Source: Octopus vulgaris (lineage: Eukaryota). Taken from it: DNA of 64,000 nt. The stretch spans positions 60,326,001-60,390,000 of the forward strand of contig OX597825.1 in NCBI GenBank assembly GCA_951406725.2, written 5' to 3'. The translations under genes were made by a program, and so were the position numbers. Position 1 is the first letter of the stretch. Each line of letters opens with the position of its first letter. Shown in pieces: positions 25,488 to 38,839 of this stretch. A model generated the notes under the pieces. The model saw only the letters and a list, made by a program, of their open reading frames with translations. It ran no database searches and was not told the origin of the DNA.

Positions 25488-28430
25488 CCCACTTGTCAAT
25501 GTAGAAAAACCTTTTCCTTTTCAAAAAAACATTCTGATGGTAATCGCAAATTCGCCCCCAGCGGCACCACCAACAAGGCAAATTACTTTCTCCCAATCTC
25601 GTTTATGCTGTAGACTTATTAAGAGCACCTATCCATGTGGTATAACTGAAAAAGGCTCCTTTCCTTCACCTCAAATACTGTCTCAAATACAGAGTCCATG
25701 GTCCTGACCCTAAATATGGATGTACAAAAGAAAAAAAGGTGTGCCTTCTTCCATCCTAAACTGTGCCAGAATTCTTTCTCTTTAAGGACATGCCTTAACC
25801 TGGAATGCAATTTCTACCATCTGAAAGACACAAAACAAATGAAAAATATAATGCAACAAAAACGAAACATAACCACAATCCACCTCTGACACCAACGCCA
25901 ACCGAAGAAGAAAGAATTGCAGAAATATCGCAACACCACATGAAATAAACAGTATATCACCCGATTAAATAACTAACCAAAGAGGAAACACTTTTTTATT
26001 AAATTACCTGGAAAATATGAAGGCCAGCCTAAGCCAGGAAAACGAACGTCGCATATCCAAAACTTTAGGAACACACATCCACCACTGTCAACTAAAAAAT
26101 CACTCCATTCATATAACCCCGATCAAGTAATATCCTCAGTGTAACCGTCGGACAACAAAACATATTGAATCGCTTGTATACCATCATGATGGGATTAAAT
26201 CCTCTTTCAAATTCACATCCTTGAATGCCCGAAGTTTGTACAGCAAGGAGCATTCTTTTGACCCTTACATCAAAAGTGCTGACCCCAATTTCATCGCAGT
26301 CACAGAAACGTCGACACACTCTCAACTCTGTGATGATGTTTTTAGCATAGAAAGTTACATCTGGTTTCTCAGAAACTGTGCTAATTATCGTGGTGGTAGT
26401 GTGATTGTGTACATTCCATCGAACGTTTTAGCAATTCTTTGTGATGATCTGAACAAATCACAACACGACATACTCTTTTGCGAATTACACATAAACGTGT
26501 CAACACTGATACTTGGAGTTGTCTATCGCCCACGAAATTACCATAAAGACACACAACTTTGTGAAATCCTCAGGGCCGCATCTAGGAAGGCAGCCATTCA
26601 TTATTTTATTGCTGGTGACATCAACTACCCTGAAATTGATTAGGAAACTTTTAGTTGGCTGCAAAGTGCAGACTATTTCCTTGGTGTAGTGCAGGATTTA
26701 AGCTAGTCACAAGTAGTCACCTCCCCCACAAGAGGTAACGACACTTCGGACCTGCTTTTTCTTTTACCACTACTCCCGAAACTGTCATCAGGAACTAAAG
26801 AACGACCAAGGAGCCACTAGCCGGGGCCGATTAAGTTATGATCATTACCAATCTGTCTCTTAAAGGCAGAAACAAGAAGCACCACCAACCTCCAAACTAC
26901 TCGCTTTGGTTGGAACAGAACACACTGGAACTCTTACCGTGGGGACTTACAATGCCCAAACTGGATTGGATTTTACAATTCCGGAAATGTCATTACTGTA
27001 TTTCAAAATGTCCTCAGTGTACTCTGCATATGAAGCATCAGTACCGCGCAAGTGCTCTACAGATAAAAAATGTAATTTGGGAGACTGCAGGAGTTCGACT
27101 TGCCAGGAAAAATAATATTGATGCTAACAGATAAGAATATTAGAAGACGCAATAGATAATCCCACCTTCCCAAACAAGGGACAAAAAAAGGCAGTGCTTG
27201 AGTTTCAACAACGTATAGCAACCAGCACTGACAGCAAAATGTTCTGGAACTATGTATTCTAGAAAAAGAGACATCACGCTTCAGTTGCCTCTCTTTACAA
27301 CCCTCAAACTGTTGAAAATTCAAATGTACCTTCTCCATCTATTCTGAAATCAAATTTCATAACATTTCTGAAATTCACACCCGCAATACTGCGACGCCAC
27401 CGCAAGAATAAGCACAATTATGTCTCTCCTGGTCTTGATGACGTTACTTATTTGCTTCTCAAACGTGGCGGGTTCTTTCTTTTGCACCAGCTTTCATTCT
27501 TGTTTCAATTCTGCTTTAATGAATATCTCACTCCAGAGCAGTAAAAAATTGCCAGTGTCGTTCCCTGTTGAAAAAAGGTGATCGCACATTACCTGTCAAC
27601 TATCGTCCAGTCGGCCTTACTAGATGCATCACCAAACTGATTACATCATGCTGTACCTTGAGATGAAGAGATCAGATTCTATGCGCCACACATCTTTCCT
27701 TCAATCAGACCTGGACACAATGCAGCAATGGATTACTGACTGGTAACTCACGATATCTGTTGGCAAGTGCATCACCATTAGGATACCCAGCCTTTACATA
27801 CTCCCTCAACAGTACCAATCTCAAGACGTCTACTAGTGAACGTGATCTGTGTATTATGGTAAACAGCGATCTGCGTTGGGCAAGCCACATCTCTAAGATA
27901 GTCAAGGAGGATTAATGTGTCCTAGTATCACTCAGGAAGACATTTGTTAGCCGCTCTCCAACTATCTATTTAAAACTGCATATGACAATGGTATCACTAC
28001 ATTCAGAATCACCAGTCTGGATCCCCTGATTTGCTCAGCATATCAATCTCCAGGAAACTGTTCAGAAACGTGCAACAAAACGAATACCCGCTATCAGGCA
28101 TCTACCATACTCTGAACGCCTTGCTTCCCTGAGCATGAGCACATGAAAACTCAAATGAGTGGCTATTGACTTGGCAGAAACTCACAAGATTATCCACTAC
28201 CTTTCCAACAATTATTTTGGGCATCTTTTTTTTAATTCCATCTGTCAAACATTCGTGGACGTGCTAACAAAATAAAAAAAAACAAAAACAACGCAACGAT
28301 CATGACTTGCGGAACCATTTTCTGACACTCAGGATTGTTTTAAGCATGACATAAACTACCCGCATCATTCGTTAGATTTCGAGACACTGCATCCTTCAAT
28401 ATTTCTATTATTCCTGATACAGAACATCCA
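24990..28430 (+). mobile_element. Decayed CR1-clade LINE: ORF1 with CCCH-like fingers, APE endonuclease, internally deleted RT
   Basis: CAFFHPKLCQNSFSLRTCLNLECNFYHL near 25740; NARSL..IAVTET..RGGSVIVY..GVVYRP..AGDINYPEID (26221-26643); KKGDRTLPVNYRPVGLT near 27570; ERDLCIMVNSDLRWASHI, VQKRATKRIP..YSERLASL; the 5' boundary is uncertain. Confidence 0.88.
25398..25486. repeat. (GCT)n(ACT)n microsatellite inside the LINE ORF1 region
   Basis: Directly visible. Confidence 0.95.
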
Positions 28431-30857
28431 ACGATTTTAAGGGTATTGTAATCACCGTTTGTGTCTGTTTGTGTTTTTGCAAAATTTCTGGGAAATACTC
28501 ATTGGGTGAGTAGTTCGAAATAATGAAAATTTGGTTTGATTACCTTCAAACATACATAAATACATACATAAATATGTGACTCTGTGTGTGTGTGTGTGTA
28601 CAATGATGGATTCGTGGGTTTCGTTTATTTCAGAGATGATTTCCTAATTTCACCGGAGTATAAATACTCATAACGGTGATAACAAAAATAGAAATTAAAA
28701 ACAAATCGAACTTTAAAAATTTCCCGATAAACAAGTTTAGTGAAACTCAAAGTTTAATTCAATTCAGTTAAAAAGCAAGGGTAAGCAACGCAATTTACGA
28801 AAAACCTTATCTGCGAGCAGGATATGCATCGTTCCTCCGATGCTTTTTTTTTTCATTCACGTTCTTGTATTTGTAGTGCACTTAAGCACTTATTTACAAC
28901 AATGTTTATCTTTTTTCTGCCATATTTCATCTATCTATTGCACACAAAATTCTATTATAACAGAATTCTTTGAATATTATTAGATATAGCAAATCACAAT
29001 ATAAAGTCATACACACATACGCACATGCACACACACACACACACTCTTGTACACATATACAGATGTGCACATACATAAACACAGCCGTATTTACTCATTC
29101 ACAAAGCCTTTATACGCTAAGCAATAATTTTCAGTCTATTTTCCTTCATAACTGAAATACTATGAATATATCAAGTCAAATAAGTAGAAATAGCAGCTGA
29201 ATCATTTAAAAGTTACATTCTACCTTCTAAAGGTGGCTGTAATGAGATGATACTGTCTCGGAAACGCAGTTACTAAACGAAGGACGGAGGGGTTATGGAT
29301 TGAATTCATTCGATGATCGGTCAGGATATATCATTATATATTTAAGACTTTTTAACAAGAACCATGAAAAACGCCTGTAACCAAAGAACAGGGGAATAGA
29401 CTGAATTGTGGAGAAATTCCATGCAACGAAAATACGCTGTAACACAGCACCCAATACGTTAAAGACCAGTTGAGTTTGAGTATGTGCTGTACATCGATCC
29501 CAGATTTTCGCCTATCTTACTACATATTGTTCTACTTGGTAAGGAGAACATTAACCACAAGAAAAACAACAAAAATATCAGTCACTCAATTTTTCTCCAT
29601 GTTGTATATTTAGTAACACTTATAGATATATATATGTCTATGACTTTAAGGTAGCGATCATGGGTGAAACACCTGGTTTTGTTATTTAATGTTAGAGCTG
29701 ATGTTTAATTGATCACTTGAGGCTTGTCGCTTATAAGTATGAAGTTTTATTTTTATTCGGGGTTACCATACTTGTAGAATTTGTATTTTATGGAAAAGCA
29801 AAAGTATAAAGACTCATTAAATACATACATAAACGTTTATGATAATCAACGACATTGCTTCTTTATAGCATATATATATATGGCAAAATAACAGCAGACT
29901 TTCCCAGATCAAACTTTGAAATCTCTTATTATAAAAGGCAGATTTTATCTGCCTCCCTTTGTCAGTTATAGAAATCTACAATATAGGATTTCTTCAATTA
30001 CAATTTACCTAGCATTTTTAGGAGTAGAATCCATCGGGTCATGCCAGGTCCAGTTTTTAAAATTTCAAACCCAATTAAGCAAAATTTACAGAAAACTCAC
30101 ATTGTGGTGTATGAGTCAAATGCTTCTCTTAATGTGGGCTACAGCACTCGCACACACACACACACACAAAAAGGGAGCGATCTCATTCACTCACGCTATC
30201 ACTCATTTCTACGACTTTCTCTTTGCAAGTTTGCAGCGATTAAAGTGAAACTAATTCGATAAAACGAGAGAAGTGTACCTTAAACCACTACTAAAAAAAA
30301 AACAGCAAACAGAAACAAATAAATACATAACGATTTACTCCTCACACAATTTCTTCAATTAGAGTGTACCCATGATTTTTCAGAGTACTTCCAGTGGGTG
30401 ATGCCATAAAAAATTTCTTTCAATTTTACCACCAATTAAGACAAAATTCGAGAAAACTCAATATTTTAACATTTCACTCCGAAAGCATTGATGTACATGT
30501 GTGCGTGCGTGAGTGTGTGTGTGTCATTCCTCACACACACTCATACACATACATATATGAGAGTGGCAAACACAAACGTTTCAAACAACTACATACAAAC
30601 ACGTGTGTGTTTGTTATTAGTAAAAAAGGCGCCAAAACACAACTCACTTATCATTCCAACACATTTGCAAAGACACACGGACGGTCGAATTGCTATAACA
30701 ATACAGAAAAGGTAAATTGGTTTTTATTTTACTCTGTATATATTTTATTATATAATATTATATATAGATATATGTATATATAATTGCAGTATGAAACAGT
30801 GTTTATGTATAAACAGACGACACTTATATATAGTTATTAATAAATGTATGCATCCGT

Positions 30858-31178
30858 TTAACCCTTTCGTTACCAAACCGCCCGAATTTACCTATTCATA
30901 TTTAAATGAGAATATCAGAGTAAATCTCTTTAGTACATTCGTGAAAACACGTATTATACTTCGTAAACACTTCAACTACAGTTTTGTACAAAAATCGAAG
31001 TGTAATTTTAATTCCGTGAATTATGGGAGATTTTTTTCCGAAATTTGTGTTTTCAAAATTTGTAATTCTGACAAAAAATGGATACGAATTTCATTATATC
31101 AAGCAGCGAGTCAGAATTCGAAGGATTTTCTACTGAAGACCTTCATAAATCTAACTCTATGACTGAAAAAAAAAAGCA
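30858..31178 (+). mobile_element. piggyBac-like 5' end with transposase start
   Basis: TTAA followed by CCCTTTCG terminus; ORF MDTNFIISSSESEFEGFSTEDL has the acidic SxSEFEGF N-terminus common in piggyBac transposases; truncated by a Helitron. Confidence 0.6.
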
Positions 31179-31574
31179 TCTTTATATAAGAGTGAAGTTG
31201 TGTGTCTGTCTCCTACGATTTAGATTCGTAACTACTCCCACATTTTGCGGTGCAGTTTAACCAAAAGCGGGTATCTTATAGTCGTGATTCATATCGAGCC
31301 CTTCTGGGTATTAGCGCGCGTCTACGATGAGTCTACGATTTCAAAAAAATTTACCATCATATTTTTCCATTTTAATGCATTTTTTTCGCTTTTATATAAG
31401 GGAAGTAACTCTCTAAAAATATCTACGATGTGTCAACGATTTAAAAAAAAAATTTACCTTAATTTTTTTTCAATTTTTAATGCATTTTTTTGCTATTTTT
31501 TGGCTATAACTCTCTAAAAATGCTTATATAGTTATTTCCCTTACAATCCGAGCAACGCCGGGCGATACTGCTAG
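31179..31574 (+). mobile_element. Non-autonomous Helitron 1
   Basis: A|TC start, subterminal hairpin ccgagcaacgccggg, CTAG|T end, internal direct repeats (ttttaatgcatttttt..taactctctaaaaat x2). Confidence 0.85.
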
Positions 31575-31933
31575 TCTATATATAAACAGCAAAATGTCTG
31601 CGTGTGTGTCCTTTATACAAATCCACAATTTTTCCGATAGAGGGCTCGCACTTTCTATGGTCATTCAAAACCATCCAAGGGTGGTCGTGCATATCTTTAC
31701 ATTTCCCCAGTCACCCCGCAAAGCCATTACAAAATCAATAGAAGTGACTTTTTTGTGAATTTTCTAGCCGAAACTCAATCAAAATGTCCGAAACTTGATA
31801 CGCCAATTGAATGCCAGCTAGCTGTACGTGACTGGTCGGAGATTTGGACAGTACTCGTGTGTATGTGCGCACGCACGCAGCTGTATATGCATGCACTAAC
31901 ACTGTGACCCGGCAACGCCGGGTCATATTTCTA
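31575..31933 (+). mobile_element. Non-autonomous Helitron 2, head-to-tail with Helitron 1
   Basis: TCTATATATAAA start directly after CTAG; perfect hairpin tgacccggc-aac-gccgggtca at 31905-31925 followed by tatttcta. Confidence 0.75.
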
Positions 31934-32499
31934 TATATATATAAAGCTACACATATTTATAGAAGAGAGGATAGACAGCCATGAGCGGAGTGATGTCGAT
32001 CATTGGTTCGTCCATTCAAATCTAACATGCAGTTAGTGATTATCATCATTATCATTAACAACATCTAAAACTAACATGTATATGAAGAAATGCCAATCAT
32101 TTCAAACCCCTTGAAATACATATAAATATACATTGCAGCAATGAGAACGAATGAAGTTGCTAAATTGGCTTCATTTTGATAAGTCAAAAGAACTGCTGCG
32201 ATGGCCTTCTGTCGACACTTCTCAGCAATGTTATTAATCCTATTAACAACTCAACCATCACTCAGTATCCAATAATGGGGATAATTAGTTTAATTTTATA
32301 ACCAGATCGATTATTCTTAGTTTTCGGTAAACAAGATATCTGGTAAACACAGAACTATTTTTCTTTGGGTGGTTATCAAAAATTTTCGGCAGATTCAGAG
32401 CAATTACTCAATTATATTCCCTCACAGAATGTTCCAGGGCGTCTTTCAAACAAAGATGTGTAAACAATGCTGTTTACTTACATTCCAACATTCGGTAAG

Positions 32500-32567
32500 G
32501 CATACATGTATGTATGTATATGTATATATATGTAAGTATGTATATATGTATACATACATAGTATGTA

Positions 32568-32618
<51 letters not shown>

Positions 32619-32675
32619 GTGTGTGTGTAAGTATGTATATATGTATACATACATAGTATGTAATCATATACACAC

Positions 32676-32725
<50 letters not shown>

Positions 32726-32840
32726 GTGTGTGTGTGAAAGTATGTATATATGTATACATACATAGTATGTAATCATGTATATATATATATATATATATAT
32801 ACATATATATGTGTGTGTGTGTGTATGCATATGTATATGA
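32500..32840. repeat. Higher-order repeat of a microsatellite-rich unit of about 100 bp (3 copies)
   Basis: aagtatgtatatatgtatacatacatagtatgtaatcat recurs at about 32533, 32629 and 32738. Confidence 0.85.
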
Positions 32841-32870
32841 ATATATACGTATGTAACTTTGTAATATGTA

Positions 32871-32906
<36 letters not shown>

Positions 32907-34194
32907 CCTATATATATTTATATATAAAATTGTATGGATGCTCATATAGTTGCATGTGTTTTTACTTTCCTATTTAAAAAAATTTTTTATAGTTGTTTGA
33001 TCAACTGAATTATCTGTTCTTCAATGAAAACGTAAGTGGCCGAACATACAATAAACACGTGCAGGTTTCACGTAATTATCTGGTAGAATTCACATGACTC
33101 TCTCTTTGGTATAATGTTAAACTGTTTGAATTAGAGATTCAAACCACTTCTCGGTTTCCGTCTTCCCTATATCGCTCAGAACGTATTAGTCCGCACAAGG
33201 CAATAGAAAACGAAGCATGCCTATGCAGTGAGATCAAACAAGAGAACATATAGTGGTGAAGGGAGTCCGTTTCCCGTTCCCTGTACCTTTATCTCGATCT
33301 CGTTCTTTTTCTGTCTGTCTGCCTTTCTGTATCCCTCTCTTTCTGTATATATGTATGAATATGTGTGTATGTATGTATGTGTGTGTGAGTGTGCAGCGAT
33401 AGGTAGGTACATATCATTATAAGATAATATGAAGAACGCGATAGAAATATAGCAGCGATTTATTAAAAATTCTACCCTCATAACTACGGTGTAAAAATCT
33501 CTTCTATATAAGAAGCCTTCAGTAGACAATTTTACTTACTTGTGTGTGTCAATGATAACGATTCTTTCATTACACACTTCAAATTTCAGAGCGGACAAAA
33601 TACTGACATTAATTAGCTGGATTCTATTTTTAGATTTGACTTATCAGCGACAGCAGTTTCCAAGTATGGAGCTAAATCCTCATTTTTTGAGGGTCGGGTA
33701 ATATTAAGGTTTTCAATTTAGGTACTCTGATTTAGCAAGAATACCAATACTACCAGTAAGAATTACTTACTATGTAATTGTCCACGGACTATCCATATCG
33801 ATTTGTACATCTTTTTGTACATCCTGTTTATCACGCGAAAATAGTTTGAAGCTTTTAACCAGGCATATCTCTGATGGACAATAGGATATGTTGGTTTTAC
33901 TCCTCATGGCTGCTTCAGGCCGTTAGATTATAGAAGAGTTTCAAGGAGGTAGATTTAAAATTGATTAAGGAGCAGTTATATTAAGGTACTCCTAGACACG
34001 GGGAAAATGTTACCTTGGTCGCGAGGTCGCCAAATGAAGCAGGACAATGCGATAGAGTTTTACTTGGCCTACACGTAAAAGTGTGCAATTCCTAGGTAAA
34101 TTTGGAAAATCATTGGTTCTTATGCACATGTAATAATGCCGCATGATGTCTTTGTCGACGTATGGTATCTCGCTTTTTTTGTGTAATGGCATAC

Positions 34195-34253
<59 letters not shown>

Positions 34254-34259
34254 CGTACA

Positions 34260-34621
34260 TAGTCAGCTAAAATCAGTTGCCGAGCGAATGTTATCATAAA
34301 GCAAAAAGCAAGCGAAAAAGAAAATACTTATGCTGAACTATTGAGATTACGAGACCAGGTTTATACCTGCAATTATTGGGACACTGGGATATATAACACG
34401 CTCCCAAAATAACAATCCTCAGAAATTGGGCTTCTCAAAAGCAGAAAAGAGAAAGTTGATTCGAAGACTACAGATCTAAGCCATCACTGGCACTGTAAAA
34501 ATCTGAAAAAGTTTCCAGGTGTCTTCCAGTATATATGAACATGTCTATATATACAAGTATACACATGAGAATAAATACATAAAACAAAACTTGCAAATCT
34601 GCGCACATACATACATACATA
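34260..34621 (+). mobile_element. 3' end of an R4/Dong-like LINE (restriction-like endonuclease type)
   Basis: KISCRANV...EKENTYAELLR then FIPAIIGTLGYIT...LGFSKAEKRKLIRRLQI*AITGTVKI fits the RLE C-terminus (E..K..KY..L; P.I.GALG); (CATA)n on both sides. Confidence 0.7.
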
Positions 34622-34763
34622 AAAAAATAGCCTGTTAATGTTGAGATTCTAATGAAGGAGCCTTCGATTTAGGTTAGAAACCGGCTCTTTCTCTATTGGC
34701 AACAAATAGAGAAATAAAACTGCATAATGGCATACATAGATACCCTCGTTCACACACACGCTG

Positions 34764-34820
<57 letters not shown>

Positions 34821-35304
34821 AGAGAGAGTTGACTTTAGGGGTTGTAAATCTACCTGAATCTTAAAACATGTTGTAGTCTTCAACATTTGTAACTATCTTA
34901 TTAAAATAACAACCTAGTCACGTTAAGTGATTTTCTTTTGGAGTGGTAAATGAACAAAAAAAAAATTAGGAGAGATCTAAGGCACGAGGGAAAATTCGGA
35001 AAAACATGCTTCAAAGTTCAAATATTCATACAAATTCCAATATTCAACTAATTTCAAAGAGACAGACAGTAATGCCAGTTCAAATGTTCGATGAATTTCA
35101 TAGCAGTCAAAAATGATTGAAAGTTCAATGACACAGATGTATTTACAATCATATACGATGAAGATTTTAAAAGATTAAATACCAGGAAAGAAAACAGGAA
35201 AATTTGTTTTACACTTTCTCTCGTAGTGCACGAAGGATACTTCGTCGCGGGTTTTGTTAGACAGAGCTTGAACTGTTAAGCTAAAACTGCTTTGTATATA
35301 CTCT

Positions 35305-35537
35305 TTAACTCTTTTACTCTTTTACTTGTTTCAGTAATTTAACTGTGGCCATGCTGAAGCACCGCCTTTAGTCGAGCAAATCTACCCCAGGACTTATTCT
35401 TTGTACGCCTAGTACTTATTCTATCAGTCACTTTTGCCGAACTGCTAAGTTACGGGGACGTAAAAACACCACCATCGGTTGTCAAGCGATGTTAGGGGGA
35501 CAAACACAGACACACAGACATACGCACAAACACATAG

Positions 35538-35573
<36 letters not shown>

Positions 35574-35652
35574 ATCAAAAAAGGGGGTCGAATGAATTAA
35601 TTGTTAATAAATTCGACCAAGCAGTATTCGGTATGTAAAGACCATTTACCGT

Positions 35653-35733
<81 letters not shown>

Positions 35734-35865
35734 ATACATATATACGACGGGCTTCTTTCAGTTTCCGTCTCCCAAATCCACTCACAAGGCTTTGGTCGGC
35801 CTGAGGCTATAGTAGAAGACACTTGCCCAAGTTGCCACGCAGTTGGACTTAACCCATGTGATTGG
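35305..35865 (-). mobile_element. SINE family B with an expanded internal (TA)n containing a foreign 90-nt insert
   Basis: ttttacttgtttcagt...ggccatgctg.agcaccgcctttagtcgagcaaatc...acgacgggcttctttcagtttccgtct...gctatagtagaagacacttgcccaag; insert at about 35569-35657. Confidence 0.9.
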
Positions 35866-35879
35866 TTGTAAGTTTAATC

Positions 35880-36620
35880 ACGTCACTTGTTTTTCGGATA
35901 TTCTCGTTACATAGTTTGGTTTGGCAAAAGTCCGTGGTTCAGGCTGATTGACTTCCTGATGACGTCATTTGTTTTTCAACTACATCGATCACTTGTTTTT
36001 ACCAGTTTGGTTCATTTGCTCCATACGTCATTTGTTTTTGACAAAGATCTTTGTAACTTACTTTTGTCTGACGATTGACTATATCCATTTGGTTGATACC
36101 CTTAAGAAGCCACTGGTCTAGGTTAGCTCAGAACTTATTGCTTTTGTTTCGTCAGGGTACCGTTTCTACTTGAAAATATATGGTTGGTTTGGCGTAGGGT
36201 AATGTAAGCAGCTGATGTTTCAGATAGCGTTTCGAATCCGGAGGCAACGCCCAGAACTTTTGATTAATGCATGTTGTTTCTGGTCGTTTTTCGTGGATAA
36301 ATTGAGTTTCCTTATTCTGATGTATTGTTATATATTATTTAGTTGTACTTTATATTTCTCAATAATTATATTTACCTTATCCTATTGGAATTGGTCTGAA
36401 ATCTTTCCATTGTATTGACAGAGAAAGAAAATATGGTTTTATGCATAGTTGTCCGCGGGGCACAGTTCTAACTGTTTACTTATGTGTATTTTCCTGGTAT
36501 TAGAGTCCAGAAACTACAACCTGTGTACCGTCATTCTGTTTTTCAAAGTCAAGCTTATTCGACCGATATAATTTTCACCGCAACCGTCGCATCTGAGAAC
36601 ATGAATGAAATTCGTCGGTG
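35880..36620 (-). mobile_element. Penelope-like element 3' part (decayed GIY-YIG endonuclease plus tail)
   Basis: Minus strand NFIHVLRCDGCGENYIGRISLTLKNRMTVHR...NTRKIHISKQLELC parallels the ORF at 44403 (NLIYCIKHPNCEEIYVGQTG...RVHRQQIRDPEVRQIPLSNHL). Confidence 0.8.
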
Positions 36621-36929
36621 AAATAATTTTTCACAGTGAATGTTTGATCTCTTGTGAATGCATATGTTCAATGTTCAATGTCCTGAAAATAGTACTATAC
36701 TGATTATTAAGTGTCCTAAAATATTCAGCGCATAGTGTATTTAAATATATTTTATGTCTTGATATATGAAGATATTGGCAAGCGGGTGTAAAGATATACA
36801 TATCTATGTATGCGGGTATAGAGGTATATATATGTATATATATATATATGTGTGTGTGTGTGCGTGTGTGTGTATGTGTATATGCCTGTATGTGTGTGTA
36901 TAAGCTTAATTGTAGATGTACTATATATG

Positions 36930-37020
<91 letters not shown>

Positions 37021-37214
37021 GTACATATACATATATATATACACTTTTAGTGGATTCCCTCTCATATATATATATATATACATATATATGTAGATAAAAC
37101 TTACTTGGAAGAAGATGCGTGGCGTTCATTCATATAATAATATTAATAATATATATATGCATATATACATACGTATATGTACATACTTACATCTATACAT
37201 ATATGATATACGCA

Positions 37215-37690
37215 TGTGTGGCCACAGAACGGCACAAAACGTGTACAACAAAAAATATGAAGCACAAGTACCTGAACTATCCTTTCGAACAATGAAAGAC
37301 ACAAATAGAAAACAAAACAAACAATATAAAGAACGATTCTTCATCAGTTGTTGGCTGCTTTTCTAGTCTCGTATTTCGAGCATTTAACAACAATATTCAC
37401 TCTCGATACAACGGTTGCTCCCGCAAAGCAAATTAAATGAAATTTGGGATTTTGCGGAGGGCCAAAATTGGTAACACAACAGGGCAGTGAAAACAAGCAG
37501 GGAGGGCTGCTAAGCCTAAGTGAGGTTATGATGGCGAACGCGTAAATCAAGCTAGGACAGGAGACAAACAAGAACACGTCTTCATTGTTCCAGCTATAAC
37601 GGAGAGAAAGAAAGAAAACTGGCCAATGGTCACGTGTGAGCCACCTGAGCAAGGGAGGAGAAGTGAGGGAGAGAGAGTGACAGACTGATA
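37215..37690 (-). mobile_element. Probable Penelope-type tail repeat (non-coding)
   Basis: Minus strand has gcucgaaa and cugaugaag motifs and pyrimidine-rich stretches like the 8252-8410 family; no intact ribozyme fold found. Confidence 0.4.
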
Positions 37691-38839
37691 GGATAGAATA
37701 TTCATAAGCATATTCATATACGTACAGTTATCTCTGTGTCTGCCGCTCTCGCTCTATATGTTCATCTCTGCATACAATTGTGTGGGTGTATTTGCGCATA
37801 GTCTCTCCATGTGTGTGTCTGGTTGAATCAGTGTATACACGCATGCGTGTGTACGTTACATTTAAACATGACAAGTATATGTGTGCATTCATATAATTAA
37901 GCATGCGCGAGTATGTCTGAAGTCATGAGATCCTCACTGCGTTTCACTTGTTTGTCCTATATCAGAGGGTTTATCAGCAATTAGCCTCCTGTATTATTTA
38001 GCCTTCTCACCACGTTTCACATTAATGAGCCGTTTCACTGAACAACTCCTTTGAACGTTTCTTAAACAATATCACTTCCGAATCAATAAATTATGTACCA
38101 TTTTTTTCACTTCTCAACTAATTGCCTAAAACAAGGTTTTTCTCTTCAATGTCAACTGCGCTTCTATACTTATTCCTTCGTTCAATCTTTTAATATGTTT
38201 CGCCTTGCCTGAAATGCGTTTTTAGTGGTTCATTCAGGTGATCTCATTTACTGTGGAAATAACAGTAAAGCTATATTACTCATAATCTAATAATAATTGC
38301 CTTTAAGAGAAATTTGAATTGTGACTTAAACGTACATGCAATATATTTTCTTTCCGAATGACGCAGAAGACTTGTGTCATATAATTACGTTAAACACAGA
38401 TGGGGATAATAGACTGATTACCCATCATTTTGGATGACATGAAACAACTACGGCACTAGTTTTCGGTAAACCAACGGATTAAAATTTATTCTTTCGTAAA
38501 TGAGGACAAGATTCACATAAATATTCCGTAATTGATATCCTATGTATCTCTACTACTAACTTAACAAATTCTCGGGTGTAATTTCTGAAGGCAATCGGTT
38601 GAAGTATTTGATTAAAACGTCGAAAACACCTTCCTAGTCATTTACTTATAGTTATTCTTGTCATCCTTATTATTCAATATTTTATAAGTGGTCTAGGCAC
38701 CTCCATATAACCTTTCTTCTAGATATAAAACAATAAATAAAATTTTCGATTTTTTAAAAATTTTGTATTCATGACTGAGAAGGCATTATCACAAGGAAAA
38801 CAGGCGGAAACGAATGTGGCAATGAAGAATTGGCAGAGC

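Noticed and set aside
33880-34040. Minus-strand tggcgacc PBS-like motif followed by LNLPP (possible Gypsy gag start)
   Set aside because: Too short and decayed; no LTR or further domains found
37280-37350. Minus-strand CUGAUGA...GAAA
   Set aside because: Helix II is weak with a long loop, and helices I and III cannot be formed
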